Source of the DNA: Alistipes onderdonkii
GTDB taxonomy: Bacteria; Actinomycetota; Coriobacteriia; Coriobacteriales; UMGS124
Length of the DNA stretch: 50,978 bases
Reading direction: 5' to 3'
Assembly (NCBI GenBank): GCA_963648855.1
Contig: CAVJGP010000004.1
Span: 1-50,978, forward strand
Part shown: piece by piece, positions 8,466 to 17,891 of the stretch
Position numbering within the stretch: the stretch's first letter is position 1
Layout: every line of letters begins with the position of its first letter
Translations under genes and position numbers: made by a program
The notes under the pieces: model-generated
What the model was told of the DNA's origin: nothing
Databases searched by the model: none
What the model saw: only the letters and a program-made list of their open reading frames with translations

Positions 8466-9824
8466 CTACTTCACGCCCTTGGCGTCGAGGTCGCCGCACA
8501 TGGCGCGGTAGGCAACGTCGGTGGAGTCGATGGCCGAGTCGCGCTCAAGAGAGCGGGCGTAGGCGCGCTCCTTCATCATCTCGCGGAAGGCGGCGGCGTC
8601 GGCGTCCTCGCGGGCGAGCTTCTCAGCACGGCGACGCGCGTCGGCCTCGTTCTCGCGGGCGCGAATCTCGGGACGCGCGGCCCGTTCGGAGGCGCGGATG
8701 GCGCGGATCTGGTCGCGCTGGGCCTCGTTGGCCTCCAGGTAGGCCTCCTGCATGTCGGCCTGGGCCATCTGGTAGGAGGTGAGCAGCTCACGGGTGCGCT
8801 CGCGGGCGGCCTCCACCTTGGCGTTGCGCTCCTCACGCATGGTCTCGCGCACGGCGCGGGCATGGGCGCGCTCGTCCTTGCGGCGGGCCTTCTCCTCGGC
8901 GCGCACGCGGCGCTTCTCGATGTCGGCGGCGTCCTTGAGCTCGCGCCACTCCTCGCGCAGGGCGGCCTCGGCGCTCACGCGGGCCTTGCCCTTCTCGGTG
9001 CGGGCACGCACGCGCGCGTCGGCCTCGTCCAGGCGCAGCTGGCGGGTGTCGGCGCAGATCTTCTCCTCGGCCGCGCCCAGCTCGGCCTCGCGGGCGATGA
9101 GGGCCTCAAGCTCAGGGCCCTCCACGCCGGCGCGGCGGGCGTCGCGCAACTCCACCACGGCCATGGCGTGGTCCTTCATGGCCTTGCGGATGGCGTCCTC
9201 GCGGGCGTCCTCCACCTTGGCCTGCGAGGTGATGCGCTCGTCGGCCCCGCGCATGGACTCCAGGTCGGTCTTGGCATGCTCGCGGCGCAGCTTGCGGATG
9301 GCCTTGCGGTACTCGCGGCGGGCCAGCCAAGCGCGCTCGTTGGCCTCGCACCACGCCTCGCGGCCCTCGGCACGGGCCATCTCGCGATCGACGTCGAGCT
9401 GGCGCGACCCCATGGTGTAGGCGTCCTCGGCGGCGTTCTTGTCGTGGCGGGCCTGCGCCAGGCGCGCCTCCTGGGCCGGGCCCTCCTCCTTGCGGAAGCG
9501 GCGCTGCTCGGCGCGGGTGGCGTGGCGCAGCTCGGCCGCGTCGGCGCGGGCCACCACCCAATCGGCGCGGCCCTCGGCGCGTGCCATCTCGCGCTCGACG
9601 TTCATCTCCCAGGCCTCGCGGCGGGCGGCGTCGTCAGCGGCCAGGCGCTCGGCGCGCATCTGGGCCACGGCGGCGTCGTCGGCGGCGTCCTCGGCGGCGT
9701 ACTGCTCGCGCTTGCGGTTGCGCAGCTCGCGCAGGGCCGCGCGCTCGAGGGCCTTCGAGACGGACTTCTTGGGCTGCACCGCCGAAGGGGCGGGCGTGCC
9801 CTCATTGAGCTTGGTCTGTTCCAT
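8466..9824 (-). CDS. Hypothetical Ala/Arg/Glu-rich coiled-coil protein (452 aa)
   Basis: The ATG at 9824 is preceded by 'AGGGGA' and GC3 is strong. There is no TM segment or signal peptide. '(E/D)REMARAEGR..W' occurs twice. The opposite-strand 829-aa ORF is a shadow frame. Confidence 0.7.
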   Translation of the reverse strand: MEQTKLNEGTPAPSAVQPKKSVSKALERAALRELRNRKREQYAAEDAADDAAVAQMRAERLAADDAARREAWEMNVEREMARAEGRADWVVARADAAELRHATRAEQRRFRKEEGPAQEARLAQARHDKNAAEDAYTMGSRQLDVDREMARAEGREAWCEANERAWLARREYRKAIRKLRREHAKTDLESMRGADERITSQAKVEDAREDAIRKAMKDHAMAVVELRDARRAGVEGPELEALIAREAELGAAEEKICADTRQLRLDEADARVRARTEKGKARVSAEAALREEWRELKDAADIEKRRVRAEEKARRKDERAHARAVRETMREERNAKVEAARERTRELLTSYQMAQADMQEAYLEANEAQRDQIRAIRASERAARPEIRARENEADARRRAEKLAREDADAAAFREMMKERAYARSLERDSAIDSTDVAYRAMCGDLDAKGVK

Positions 9825-9872
9825 GGCGCATCCCCTATCTCGTTGGAAACGCAGGTACGTGGCGAGCCTGGC

Positions 9873-10739
9873 TTAGAGCAGGCTCTTGGGGCAGGTGGTG
9901 ATGATCATGCCGGCCTCGCCGGTGTAGGTGCCAATGACCGGACCCATCCAGCTGGCCTCGGGGCAGTACGACACGCCGGCGGCGTCGAACGCGGCCTTGA
10001 AGGCCTCGACGCGCTCGGGCGAGGCGGCGTGGCTGAAACGCACCTCAAGCTCGCCGTCCTGGGCCTCGAGCGACTTGACGTAGGCGGCGCAGTCCTTGAG
10101 CAGGCCCTTCACGCCGCGCGACTTGGTGACCGTCTCAATCACGCCGTCGGGCTTGTCGAGCTCCAGCACGGGCTTGAGGTTGAGCAGGCCCGCGGCCACG
10201 CCGGCGGCCTTGCCGATGCGCCCGCCCTTGATGAGGTTGTCGAGCTGGTTGAGGGCAACGACGGTGTGGATCTTGTCGGCCATGAGGCGCATGTGGGCGG
10301 CGGCGAAGGAGAGGCTGGCGCCCTCGTCGCGCATGCGGATGGCCTTCTCGCACATGAGCGAGATGCCCTCCTGCACGGCCAAGGAGTCGATGACCTCCAC
10401 CTTGATGCCGTCCTTGGCGCAGATGTCGGCGGCCAGGCAGGCGGAGTGGTGCGTGTCGGAGACGCCGGCGCTCAGCGTGATGCAGAGCACGCCCTCGCAG
10501 CCCTGGGCCACCTCGCGGAACGTCTGCTCGAACTTGCCGGGCGCGGGGCACGACGTCTTGGGCAGGCCCTGGGGCAGGTACTCGGCCATGCGCTTGAAGA
10601 ACTCCTCGGGCAGCATGGTCTGGCCGTCGATGTACTCGTCCTCGCCGAAGCGCACGGTGAGGGGCACGACGGCCACGCCCTGCTCCTTGAGGCGAGGGGT
10701 GGGCGTGGCGCTCGTTGAATCAAGAACGATTGCGAACAA
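9873..10739 (-). CDS. DegV family fatty-acid-binding protein
   Basis: 'AIVLDSTSA...' and 'SGVSDTHHSA' are DegV-like. I prefer the TTG at 10739, with 'GAGGAG' 7 nt upstream. The alternative GTG at 10754 has no RBS. Confidence 0.85.
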   Translation of the reverse strand: MFAIVLDSTSATPTPRLKEQGVAVVPLTVRFGEDEYIDGQTMLPEEFFKRMAEYLPQGLPKTSCPAPGKFEQTFREVAQGCEGVLCITLSAGVSDTHHSACLAADICAKDGIKVEVIDSLAVQEGISLMCEKAIRMRDEGASLSFAAAHMRLMADKIHTVVALNQLDNLIKGGRIGKAAGVAAGLLNLKPVLELDKPDGVIETVTKSRGVKGLLKDCAAYVKSLEAQDGELEVRFSHAASPERVEAFKAAFDAAGVSYCPEASWMGPVIGTYTGEAGMIITTCPKSLL

Positions 10740-10870
10740 AGGAGGGCTCCTCACTGCTCAGAGACATTTTGCCGGGAAGTATACCCCATGCGGGCGCACA
10801 TCGTGTGCTGGCCTGCAGCGATGCGGCGAGCGGTTTTGGGCGAGGCGAGAAGGGCGAGGTGGTCTGCGGA

Positions 10871-10986
10871 GCGCGGCAGGCGGCAGACCGGACCGGCGTG
10901 ACTTGTGGGGCCGGCCTGGCGGGACGGCGCGGCGGCACGAGCGGGGCGCGGCAGGCGGCAGACCGGACCGGCGTAACTTGCGGGGC
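10871..10986. repeat. Direct repeat, 2 x 40 bp with a 76-bp period, in the DegV-RecQ intergenic region
   Basis: 'gcgcggcaggcggcagaccggaccggcgtgacttgtgggg' (10871-10910) matches 10947-10986 with 2 mismatches. Confidence 0.8.
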
Positions 10987-11035
10987 GGTCTGGTCGGCAG
11001 GCGCCGCCCCGCACCGCAGGCTGCGGCTGCTTCCC

Positions 11036-13144
11036 CTAGTCCTCGCTCCCCTCATCTTCCTCCGAGGCTCCGGGGTCGTCGCGGCCGGCGATGCAGGCGA
11101 GGAAGCGCTCGCCGTAGCGGGCAGCCTTGCGTGCGCCCACGCCCGAGACCTCGAGCAGCTCGTCGAGGTCGCAGGGGCGCTTGGCGGCCATGTCGATGAG
11201 GGTGGCGTTGTTGAACACGATGTAGGCGGGCACGCCCTCCTCGCGGGCGATGACGGTGCGCAGGGCGCGCAGGCGCTCGAACATCTCCTCGTCCACCTCG
11301 GGCACGCCCGCGCCACCACGGCCGAACGTGGCGCCCTTCGACCCCGCCACGGGGCCCGCCGGGGCCGGCTTTGCCTTGAGGCGCTTGGGCACCTTGAGCA
11401 GGTAGGGGGTCTTCTCGCGCAGAAGCCAGCGCTGGCCCTGCTCCGTGGCGTAGACGGTGGGGTACTGCCCCGGCGTGCAGGCAAGGTGTCCCACCTCCTC
11501 CAGCGAGTCGAGCACGAAGCGCACGCGCTGCGTGGACACGTCGGACATGATGCCGTAGGTGGAGAGCTGGTCGTAGCCCGCGTCGAGGATGCGCTGGGAG
11601 CGCGAGCCGCGCAGGATGTCCACCACCGTGGACTTGCCCGCCGTCCGGCCCGCCGCGCGCACGCGCAGCACGCAGCTCATCACCTTCTGCGCCTCCACCG
11701 TGGCGTCCTGCTCTTCAACATCGACCGAGCAGTTTGAGCAGTGATCGCAATGGCGCGTCTCCGCAGCCTGGCCGAAATAGCTCAGCAGGTAAGCGCGCAG
11801 GCAGTCGGCGGTGGTGCAGTAGAGCGTCATCTTCTTGAGGCGCTCGCAGTCGCGGGCGTGCAGCAGCGCCGCCGTCTGGGGGTCGCAGCCGTTGGCCTCG
11901 GACTCGTCGCGGCTGCGGTCGATGAGGAACTGGCAGGTCTGCACGTCCTTCTTGTTATAGATGAGGATGCAGTCCGCAGCTGAGCCGTCGCGGCCCGCGC
12001 GGCCCGCCTCCTGGTAATATCCTTCCAGGTCAGAGGGCATGTTGTAGTGGATGACGAAGCCAACGTTGGACTTGTCGATACCCATGCCGAAGGCGTTGGT
12101 AGCCACCATCACGCTGGCGCGGTCGTAGAGGAACTCGTCCTGGTTGGCGCGGCGCTCCTCGGCGGAGAGGCCGGCGTGGTAGCGCGTGGAGGCGAAGCCC
12201 TCCTGCCAGAGCAGGTCGCACACGTGCTCCACAGCCTTGCGGGTGGAGCAGTACACGATGCCCGTCTGGCCGCTGCCCGCCGCGGTGCCGTCGGCGTTGC
12301 GCAGGGCGGCGCGGGCGCGCACGAGGCGCACGAGGGTCGCGTCCTTCTCGCGCGGCTCAGGGCGCTCCACGCCGAAGTACAGGTTGGGGCGGTCGAAGCC
12401 GCCCACGAGCACGAAGGGGTCGCGCAGCTCCAGGGCGTCCACGATGTCGGCGCGGACCTCCTCGGTGGCCGTGGCCGTGAGCGCCGCCACGCGCGGACGC
12501 GTGGGCAGGCTCTCCACGAAGCCGGCGATCTGGCGGTAGTCGGGGCGGAAGTCCTGGCCCCACTGCGACACGCAGTGCGCCTCGTCCACAGCCACGAGGT
12601 CGATGGGCACGGTGCGCGCGAGCTCGGCCAGGCGGGGGCTCCCGAGGCGCTCGGGTGCCACATAGAGCAGGCGGATCTGGCCCGACGACGCGCGGGCAAA
12701 GGCGTCGGCCTGCTCGGCGGCACTGAGGGAGGAGTTGACGCACGCGGCGGGGATGCCGGCCTGCTCCAAGCCTGCGACCTGGTCTTTCATAAGCGAGATG
12801 AGCGGCGACACCACGAGCGTGAGACCGGGCAGCATGAGCGCCGGAATCTGGTAGACGATGGACTTGCCCGCGCCCGTGGGCATGACGCCCAGCACGTCGC
12901 GGCCCTCGAGCACGGCCGACACCAGGTCGCGCTGGTTGGGGCGGAAGTCGTCGTAGCCGAAGCGCTCCTTGAGCAGCGCGCGGGCGCGGCGCATGGCGGG
13001 CGAGTCGGCAGGGGCGACGGGGGCGGCGGGCTGCTCCCCTAGCCAAGTCGGCGCGGCGGATGCGCCGACGGGCTGCTCCCCCGACCAGGCGGGGGCGGGC
13101 GCGACGGTCTTCTCGGCGGGCTGGTATTCGGGCTCGTAGGGCAT
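11036..13144 (-). CDS. recQ: ATP-dependent DNA helicase RecQ (with C-terminal HRDC)
   Basis: Motifs seen are 'FGYDDFRPNQ', 'MPTGAGKS', 'DEAHCVSQWGQDFRPDY' and a Zn-binding 'C..C..C' segment. The RBS is 'AAGGAG'. Confidence 0.95.
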   Translation of the reverse strand: MPYEPEYQPAEKTVAPAPAWSGEQPVGASAAPTWLGEQPAAPVAPADSPAMRRARALLKERFGYDDFRPNQRDLVSAVLEGRDVLGVMPTGAGKSIVYQIPALMLPGLTLVVSPLISLMKDQVAGLEQAGIPAACVNSSLSAAEQADAFARASSGQIRLLYVAPERLGSPRLAELARTVPIDLVAVDEAHCVSQWGQDFRPDYRQIAGFVESLPTRPRVAALTATATEEVRADIVDALELRDPFVLVGGFDRPNLYFGVERPEPREKDATLVRLVRARAALRNADGTAAGSGQTGIVYCSTRKAVEHVCDLLWQEGFASTRYHAGLSAEERRANQDEFLYDRASVMVATNAFGMGIDKSNVGFVIHYNMPSDLEGYYQEAGRAGRDGSAADCILIYNKKDVQTCQFLIDRSRDESEANGCDPQTAALLHARDCERLKKMTLYCTTADCLRAYLLSYFGQAAETRHCDHCSNCSVDVEEQDATVEAQKVMSCVLRVRAAGRTAGKSTVVDILRGSRSQRILDAGYDQLSTYGIMSDVSTQRVRFVLDSLEEVGHLACTPGQYPTVYATEQGQRWLLREKTPYLLKVPKRLKAKPAPAGPVAGSKGATFGRGGAGVPEVDEEMFERLRALRTVIAREEGVPAYIVFNNATLIDMAAKRPCDLDELLEVSGVGARKAARYGERFLACIAGRDDPGASEEDEGSED

Positions 13145-13270
13145 CTAGGCTCCTTGCGACATTTGTGCTGTGTGCCTGCGATTGTAGGCCCCGACGGGTA
13201 AAATCGCCCCCACATATGGCACATCGCGCACGGCAAACACGCCGCGCGGCGCACGAGACGGGTTGAAGGC

Positions 13271-13720
13271 ATGGAAGCGTACATCCACCGAGTCGCATAT
13301 TACGAGACCGACCGCATGGGCATCACCCACCACTCCAACTACATCCGCTGGATGGAGGAGGCGCGCGTGGACTTCATGGACCAGATCGGCTGGAACTTCG
13401 CGCGCATGGAAGCCGAAGGCATCACGAGCCCCGTGCTGGGCGTGGAGTGCAGCTACAAGAAGCCCACCACCTTCGAGGACCGCGTGGCCATCGAGGTAAC
13501 CCTGCCCGCGTACAACGGCATCCGCGCCACCTTCGGCTACACGATGCGCAAGCTCGACGCCGAGGGCAAGCCCGGCCACGTGGTGTTCGTCGGCACCTCG
13601 CAGCACTGCTTCGTGGGGCCCGACGGACGTCCCATGCGCGTATGCCGCGAGCTGCCCGCCTTCGACGCCACCCTGCGCGAGGTGATGACGCAGCAGGAGA
13701 AGGACGAGCAGGGAGCGTAG
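13271..13720 (+). CDS. Acyl-CoA thioesterase, YbgC/4HBT family
   Basis: 'RVAYYETDRMGITHHSNYIRWMEEAR' is the hot-dog thioesterase signature. Confidence 0.85.
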   Translation: MEAYIHRVAYYETDRMGITHHSNYIRWMEEARVDFMDQIGWNFARMEAEGITSPVLGVECSYKKPTTFEDRVAIEVTLPAYNGIRATFGYTMRKLDAEGKPGHVVFVGTSQHCFVGPDGRPMRVCRELPAFDATLREVMTQQEKDEQGA

Positions 13721-13984
13721 GGGGCGCCTGGGGACGAAAGAGGAGCGGGTCGGGGCACCTGTCCCACGTGGGTACGATGACCGCACGGGCTTAGGCGGCT
13801 GTCCCGCACGGCCTCGGCGCCGTCTTGGCGGCACTGTCTGCCTCGACGACCTGGGCGCTCGGATTTAATGTCGCGACCCGCGGCGAACGCTCAACGGGAC
13901 GACTCGCCGACCCGGGCGCTCGGCTTTATTTGGGAAACTAGAGTTTTGTAACGCTATCAACAGCTGAACTGTAAGGAGATGCAC

Positions 13985-14698
13985 ATGGACAAGTCCACCG
14001 TCAAGCTCGGCATCATCGGCGCCATGGAAGTCGAGGTCAAGACCCTCATGGAACAGGTGGAGGGGGCGCAGATGCGCGAAAAGGGCGGCATGACCTTCTG
14101 CGCAGGCACGCTCAACGGGATGAGCGTGGTCATCGCGCGCTGCGGCATCGGCAAGGTGTCGGCGGCGCTGTGCGTGCAGGCCATGACCGACCTGTACGGC
14201 GTGACCCACATCGTGAACACGGGCGTGGCCGGCTCGCTCGACGCGCAGATCGACATCGCCGACCTCGTGGTGAGCACCGACGCGCTCGAGCACGACATGG
14301 ACCTCACGCCCCTGGGCTACCGCCCCGGCGAGGTGCCCGACCTGGGCACGGTGGCCTACCCGGCCGACGCCGAGCTCGTCGCGGGCATCAAGCGCGCCGC
14401 TGCCAAGGCCGCCCCCGACGTGCACGTGTTCGAGGGCCGCGTGGTGTCGGGCGACCAGTTCGTGGCGAGCCACGAGAAGAAGGCCCAGCTCGCGCGCGAC
14501 TTCGGCGGCATGTGCTGCGAGATGGAGGGCGCCTCCATCGCGCACGCCTGCTACGTCAACGGCATCCCCTTCGCCGTGGTGCGCGCCATCTCCGACAAGG
14601 CCGACGGCTCGGCCGAGATGGCCTACCCCGAGTTCGAGGCCAGCAGCGCCGTCCGCTGCGCCGCCGTGGTAGAGGAGCTCTGCGCAAGCGGGTTCTAA
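13985..14698 (+). CDS. mtnN: 5'-methylthioadenosine/S-adenosylhomocysteine nucleosidase
   Basis: 'LGIIGAMEVEV', 'CGIGKVSAA' and 'EMEGASIA' are present. The ATG at 13985 lies 6 nt after 'AAGGAG', whereas the ATG at 13979 abuts the RBS. Confidence 0.9.
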   Translation: MDKSTVKLGIIGAMEVEVKTLMEQVEGAQMREKGGMTFCAGTLNGMSVVIARCGIGKVSAALCVQAMTDLYGVTHIVNTGVAGSLDAQIDIADLVVSTDALEHDMDLTPLGYRPGEVPDLGTVAYPADAELVAGIKRAAAKAAPDVHVFEGRVVSGDQFVASHEKKAQLARDFGGMCCEMEGASIAHACYVNGIPFAVVRAISDKADGSAEMAYPEFEASSAVRCAAVVEELCASGF

Positions 14699-14741
14699 AC
14701 GCGCAGGCCGATAGCAGGCCGAATTCCGAGACACGCACGCA

Positions 14742-14797
14742 AAGGCCCCCGTCGCTCGCCAGTGCACCTGGCTTGCGGCGGGGGCCTTCGTTGTTGC
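14742..14797 (+). terminator. Probable terminator after mtnN
   Basis: The stem is 'aaggcccccg' (14742-14751) with 'cgggggcctt' (14779-14788), then 'cgttgttg'. The loop is long at 27 nt. Confidence 0.45.
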
Positions 14798-14867
14798 AGG
14801 TAGGAAGGGCACGGATGATGACGCAACAGCACGCCACGAGACGGTGGGCAGAGCGCTGGTCGAGCGG

Positions 14868-15001
14868 GCGACGGGGCGGCGTGACACCGGGGCGCGACGG
14901 GCGGGGTGCCAATGGGCAGGCGACGGGGCGCCGCGACACAGCAAGCGAGCGGCGCGGCGCTGTAACGCCGGGACACGGCGGTGCGGCGCCGGGACACGGC
15001 G
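14868..15001. repeat. Degenerate GC-rich direct repeats between convergent genes
   Basis: 'gcgacggggcggcgtgacac' at 14868-14887 matches 14920-14939 with 2 mismatches. 'gccgggacacggcg' occurs at 14967-14980 and 14988-15001. Confidence 0.7.
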
Positions 15002-15020
15002 CACACGCCCACCGCACGCG

Positions 15021-15797
15021 CTAGAGCAGGTCGAACAGCGATCCTTGGCGCTCCGGGTCAACGGCACCGTTCTTGGGAGCGGCCTTCTTGCGCGGGGCGC
15101 GGGGCTTCTTGGGCTTCTCGGGCGCCGCGGCGGGAGCAGGCGCAGGAGTAGGAGCGAGCTGCTCGGGCTGGGCCGAAACGGAAGGCACCTCGGGAGCCTG
15201 GTCGGGAACCACAGGAGTAGCAGGCAAGGGCGGCTCGGGTGCGGGCGAGGCCGCAGCCTCCGCTTGACCAGCCACCTGCAACGCCCGCAACTGCTCGCGG
15301 GCGGCGGCGAGTTCCTCGCGAGCCTCGGCGGCTTCCTTGCGGGCAAGCTCCAGCTGCTTGTGGGCCTCGTCGATGTCCGCACGATACTGCTCGTGAGCCT
15401 TTTCGGCCTCCTCCCGTTCGGCGAGGAGCATATCACGAGCTGCATCGGCATACTGCTGGGCACGCCTCACATCATCGCGAGCCCGGGCGACATCCAGCCT
15501 TGCGCGTTTCTCCTGCTCGCGAGCATCCTTCGCTTCCCGCTTCGCGCTCTCGAGCTCCTCGCGCACACGTTGCAGCTCCTGCTCCGCGCCCGCCTTGTCG
15601 GCGGGCACGAGCTCGACGCCCTGGGCGCGCAGGCTCACGTAGGCCTCCACGTCGTCGCGCAGGCTTTGGGGCACGCGCATGACGACGGTCTTCTCGCCCC
15701 ACTTGGCCTTGCGGCCCGCGCCGGGGCGCGCGCCTCCCCTACCCTTGTGCGGGGCGGGCTCGCCGGGCGTCTCGGGCGTCTTCTGTTCTTCCGTCAT
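15021..15797 (-). CDS. Hypothetical coiled-coil protein. It has a basic N-terminal segment, a Pro-rich linker, a Lys-rich tail and a C-terminal 'QGSLFDLL'.
   Basis: The ATG at 15797 is preceded by 'GGAGGT'. The gene starts 49 nt downstream of the dut stop on the same strand. The longer ORF to 15965 overlaps dut. Confidence 0.65.
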   Translation of the reverse strand: MTEEQKTPETPGEPAPHKGRGGARPGAGRKAKWGEKTVVMRVPQSLRDDVEAYVSLRAQGVELVPADKAGAEQELQRVREELESAKREAKDAREQEKRARLDVARARDDVRRAQQYADAARDMLLAEREEAEKAHEQYRADIDEAHKQLELARKEAAEAREELAAAREQLRALQVAGQAEAAASPAPEPPLPATPVVPDQAPEVPSVSAQPEQLAPTPAPAPAAAPEKPKKPRAPRKKAAPKNGAVDPERQGSLFDLL

Positions 15798-15846
15798 GGC
15801 ATGGACCTCCGCGTCAGTGATTTCGTTACGGAAGTATACACCAGGC

Positions 15847-16293
15847 TTATCGAAGCCCCGTGGAGCCGAATCCGCCCTCGCCGCGCTCGGTCTGGTCGAG
15901 CTCGTCCACCTCGACAAGCTCGACGGACGGCACGCGCTGCACCACGAGCTGGGCCACGCGCTCACCGCGCGAGATGACGATGGGCTCCTCAGCGTCGGAG
16001 TTGATGGCGATCACCTTGAGCTCGCCGCGATAGCCCGAGTCCACCAGGCCAGGGGTGTTCACGATGGAGAGGCCCTTCTTGGCCGCGAGGCCGCTGCGCG
16101 GCTGCACGAAGCCCGCGTAGCCCTGCGGCAGCGCAATGGCCACACCCGTGGAGATCATGACACGGCGGCCCGGCTCGATGGTCACGTCCTGCGCGCTGTA
16201 GAGGTCCAGGCCCGCGTCGCCGGGGTTGGCGTAGCGGGGCAGGGGCAGCTCGGGGTCGAGGCGCTTGATCTTCACCTGGATGTCGTAAGCCAT
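15847..16293 (-). CDS. dut: dUTP diphosphatase
   Basis: 'NPGDAGLDL', '[10 protein letters not shown]' and the C-terminal '[10 protein letters not shown]' are present. The ATG at 16293 is preceded by 'AAGGAG'. Confidence 0.95.
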   Translation of the reverse strand: MAYDIQVKIKRLDPELPLPRYANPGDAGLDLYSAQDVTIEPGRRVMISTGVAIALPQGYAGFVQPRSGLAAKKGLSIVNTPGLVDSGYRGELKVIAINSDAEEPIVISRGERVAQLVVQRVPSVELVEVDELDQTERGEGGFGSTGLR

Positions 16294-16459
16294 GAGCTGG
16301 CTCCTTTCTGCATGGAGAGGCTGCGGGGCTTGCTGGCGCGGCGGCGCTATCCGCCGGCCTTGCCCCTCGCAAAGTCGGAAAAGGTGTACCCTGTCGGGCT
16401 TACGGATTGTACGGCATCGCGGGACCTGTGCGCCCGCGTCTGACGAGGGGACAAAAAGA

Positions 16460-17803
16460 GTGAACCGCATCCTCATTCTCGGCGGCGGCCTGAGCGGTTA
16501 CTACATTGCGCGAGAACTGGAGAAGAAGTTGCAGCCCGGCGAGGCCGAAGTGACCCTTGTGGACATGCGCTCCGCCTGCGTCTACCAGCCCTTCCTGGCC
16601 GAGGTGGCCTCCGGCGCCATCGAGCCCCGCCACATCGAGACCCCCTTCGCCATGCACCTCAAGAAGACGCGCCTCGTGCGCGCCAAGGTGTGCTGCATCG
16701 ACGCGGCCGCCAAGCGCGTGCAGGCCACCGACGTGCACGGCAACGAGCTCACGCTTGAGTGCGACACGCTCGTGGTGGCCCTGGGCGGCGTCACGCGCAC
16801 CTTCCCCATCCCCGGCATCGCCGAGAACGCCGTGGGCCTCAAGGCCACCGAGGAGGCCGTCTACCTGCGCGACAACCTCATCGCCAACCTGAGCTGCGCC
16901 ACCGAGCTGCCCCGCGGCAGCGCCGAGCGCACGCGCCTCATGACGCTCGTGTGCGTGGGCGGCGGATTCTCGGGCATGGAGGGCTTCGCCGAGCTCTACG
17001 ACCTCGCGCGCAAGATCTGCAAGCGCGACGCGCGCCTCGACGCAAGCGAGCTCAACTTCCACCTCATCGAGGCCGCCGAGAAGGTGTTCCCCGAGCTCAC
17101 CGTGGAGCAGTCGAGCAAGGCCGTGGCGCACCTGGAGAAGCTCGGCGCGCACATCCACCTCAAGACCTGCGTGGAGAGCGCCGTGGACGGCCACGTGAAG
17201 ACCTCCGACGGCAAGGCCTACGACGCGGCGCTCATCCTGTGGTGCGCCGGCGCCATGGCAAACCCCGTGCTCAAGTCGAGCGACCTGCCGCTGGAGCCGC
17301 GCGGGCGCATCACCTGCGGGGCCGACCTGCGCGTGCACCGCGACGAGCAGGTGCTCGAGGGCGTGTTCGCCGTGGGCGACTGCGCCTGCGTGCCCGACCT
17401 CACGGGCCACGGCCTGCCCGACGGCTCCTGCGCCCCCACGGCCCAGCACTCCATGCGCCAGAGCAAGGTGCTCACGCGCAACCTGCTCGCCCACCTGCGC
17501 GGCGGCGAAATGGAGCACTACCGCCACGAGAACGCCGGCATGGTGGCCGGCCTGGGCACCTGCTACGGAGCCTTCACGAGCGGTGCGCTCACCAAGGGCG
17601 GCGCGAAGATCCGCTTCAGCGGCTGGCTGGCCTGGATGGCGCACCGCGTGTACCACGGCCTGGCCCTGCCCAGCTGGGAGCGCAAGTTCCGCGTGTGGGG
17701 CGACTGGACGGCGGGCCTGGTGTTCCGCCGCGACGTGTCCGACGTCATCGAGTCGCGCAACCCGCGCGGCTTCTTCGAGGAGTTCGCGGCGAGGAGCAAG
17801 TAA
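16460..17803 (+). CDS. ndh: Type II NADH dehydrogenase / NAD(P)/FAD-dependent oxidoreductase
   Basis: There are two Rossmann motifs, '[12 protein letters not shown]' and '[11 protein letters not shown]'. The start is GTG at 16460, in frame and about 8 nt after 'GAGGGGA'. Confidence 0.85.
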   Translation: MNRILILGGGLSGYYIARELEKKLQPGEAEVTLVDMRSACVYQPFLAEVASGAIEPRHIETPFAMHLKKTRLVRAKVCCIDAAAKRVQATDVHGNELTLECDTLVVALGGVTRTFPIPGIAENAVGLKATEEAVYLRDNLIANLSCATELPRGSAERTRLMTLVCVGGGFSGMEGFAELYDLARKICKRDARLDASELNFHLIEAAEKVFPELTVEQSSKAVAHLEKLGAHIHLKTCVESAVDGHVKTSDGKAYDAALILWCAGAMANPVLKSSDLPLEPRGRITCGADLRVHRDEQVLEGVFAVGDCACVPDLTGHGLPDGSCAPTAQHSMRQSKVLTRNLLAHLRGGEMEHYRHENAGMVAGLGTCYGAFTSGALTKGGAKIRFSGWLAWMAHRVYHGLALPSWERKFRVWGDWTAGLVFRRDVSDVIESRNPRGFFEEFAARSK

Positions 17804-17849
17804 GCGGGCACGTGCGGACCGGTAGGCGAAAGCAGCAAGCATGAGGGGC

Positions 17850-17891
17850 GGGCGGTCGCTGGCGAGAAGGTCGGCGGCCGCCCATGTTTTT
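17850..17891 (+). terminator. Probable terminator after ndh
   Basis: The 10-bp stem joins 17850-17859 and 17874-17883 with one G.U pair. It is followed by 'atgttttt'. Confidence 0.5.

Noticed and set aside
8229-10718. 829-aa plus-strand ORF
   Set aside because: It is a shadow frame running antisense across both the coiled-coil gene and DegV. Its low-complexity G/A/L/V content argues against coding, and it crosses a real intergenic gap.
13865-15463. 532-aa minus-strand ORF
   Set aside because: It runs antisense through mtnN and in an alternative frame of the coiled-coil gene. It has no RBS and its composition is implausible.
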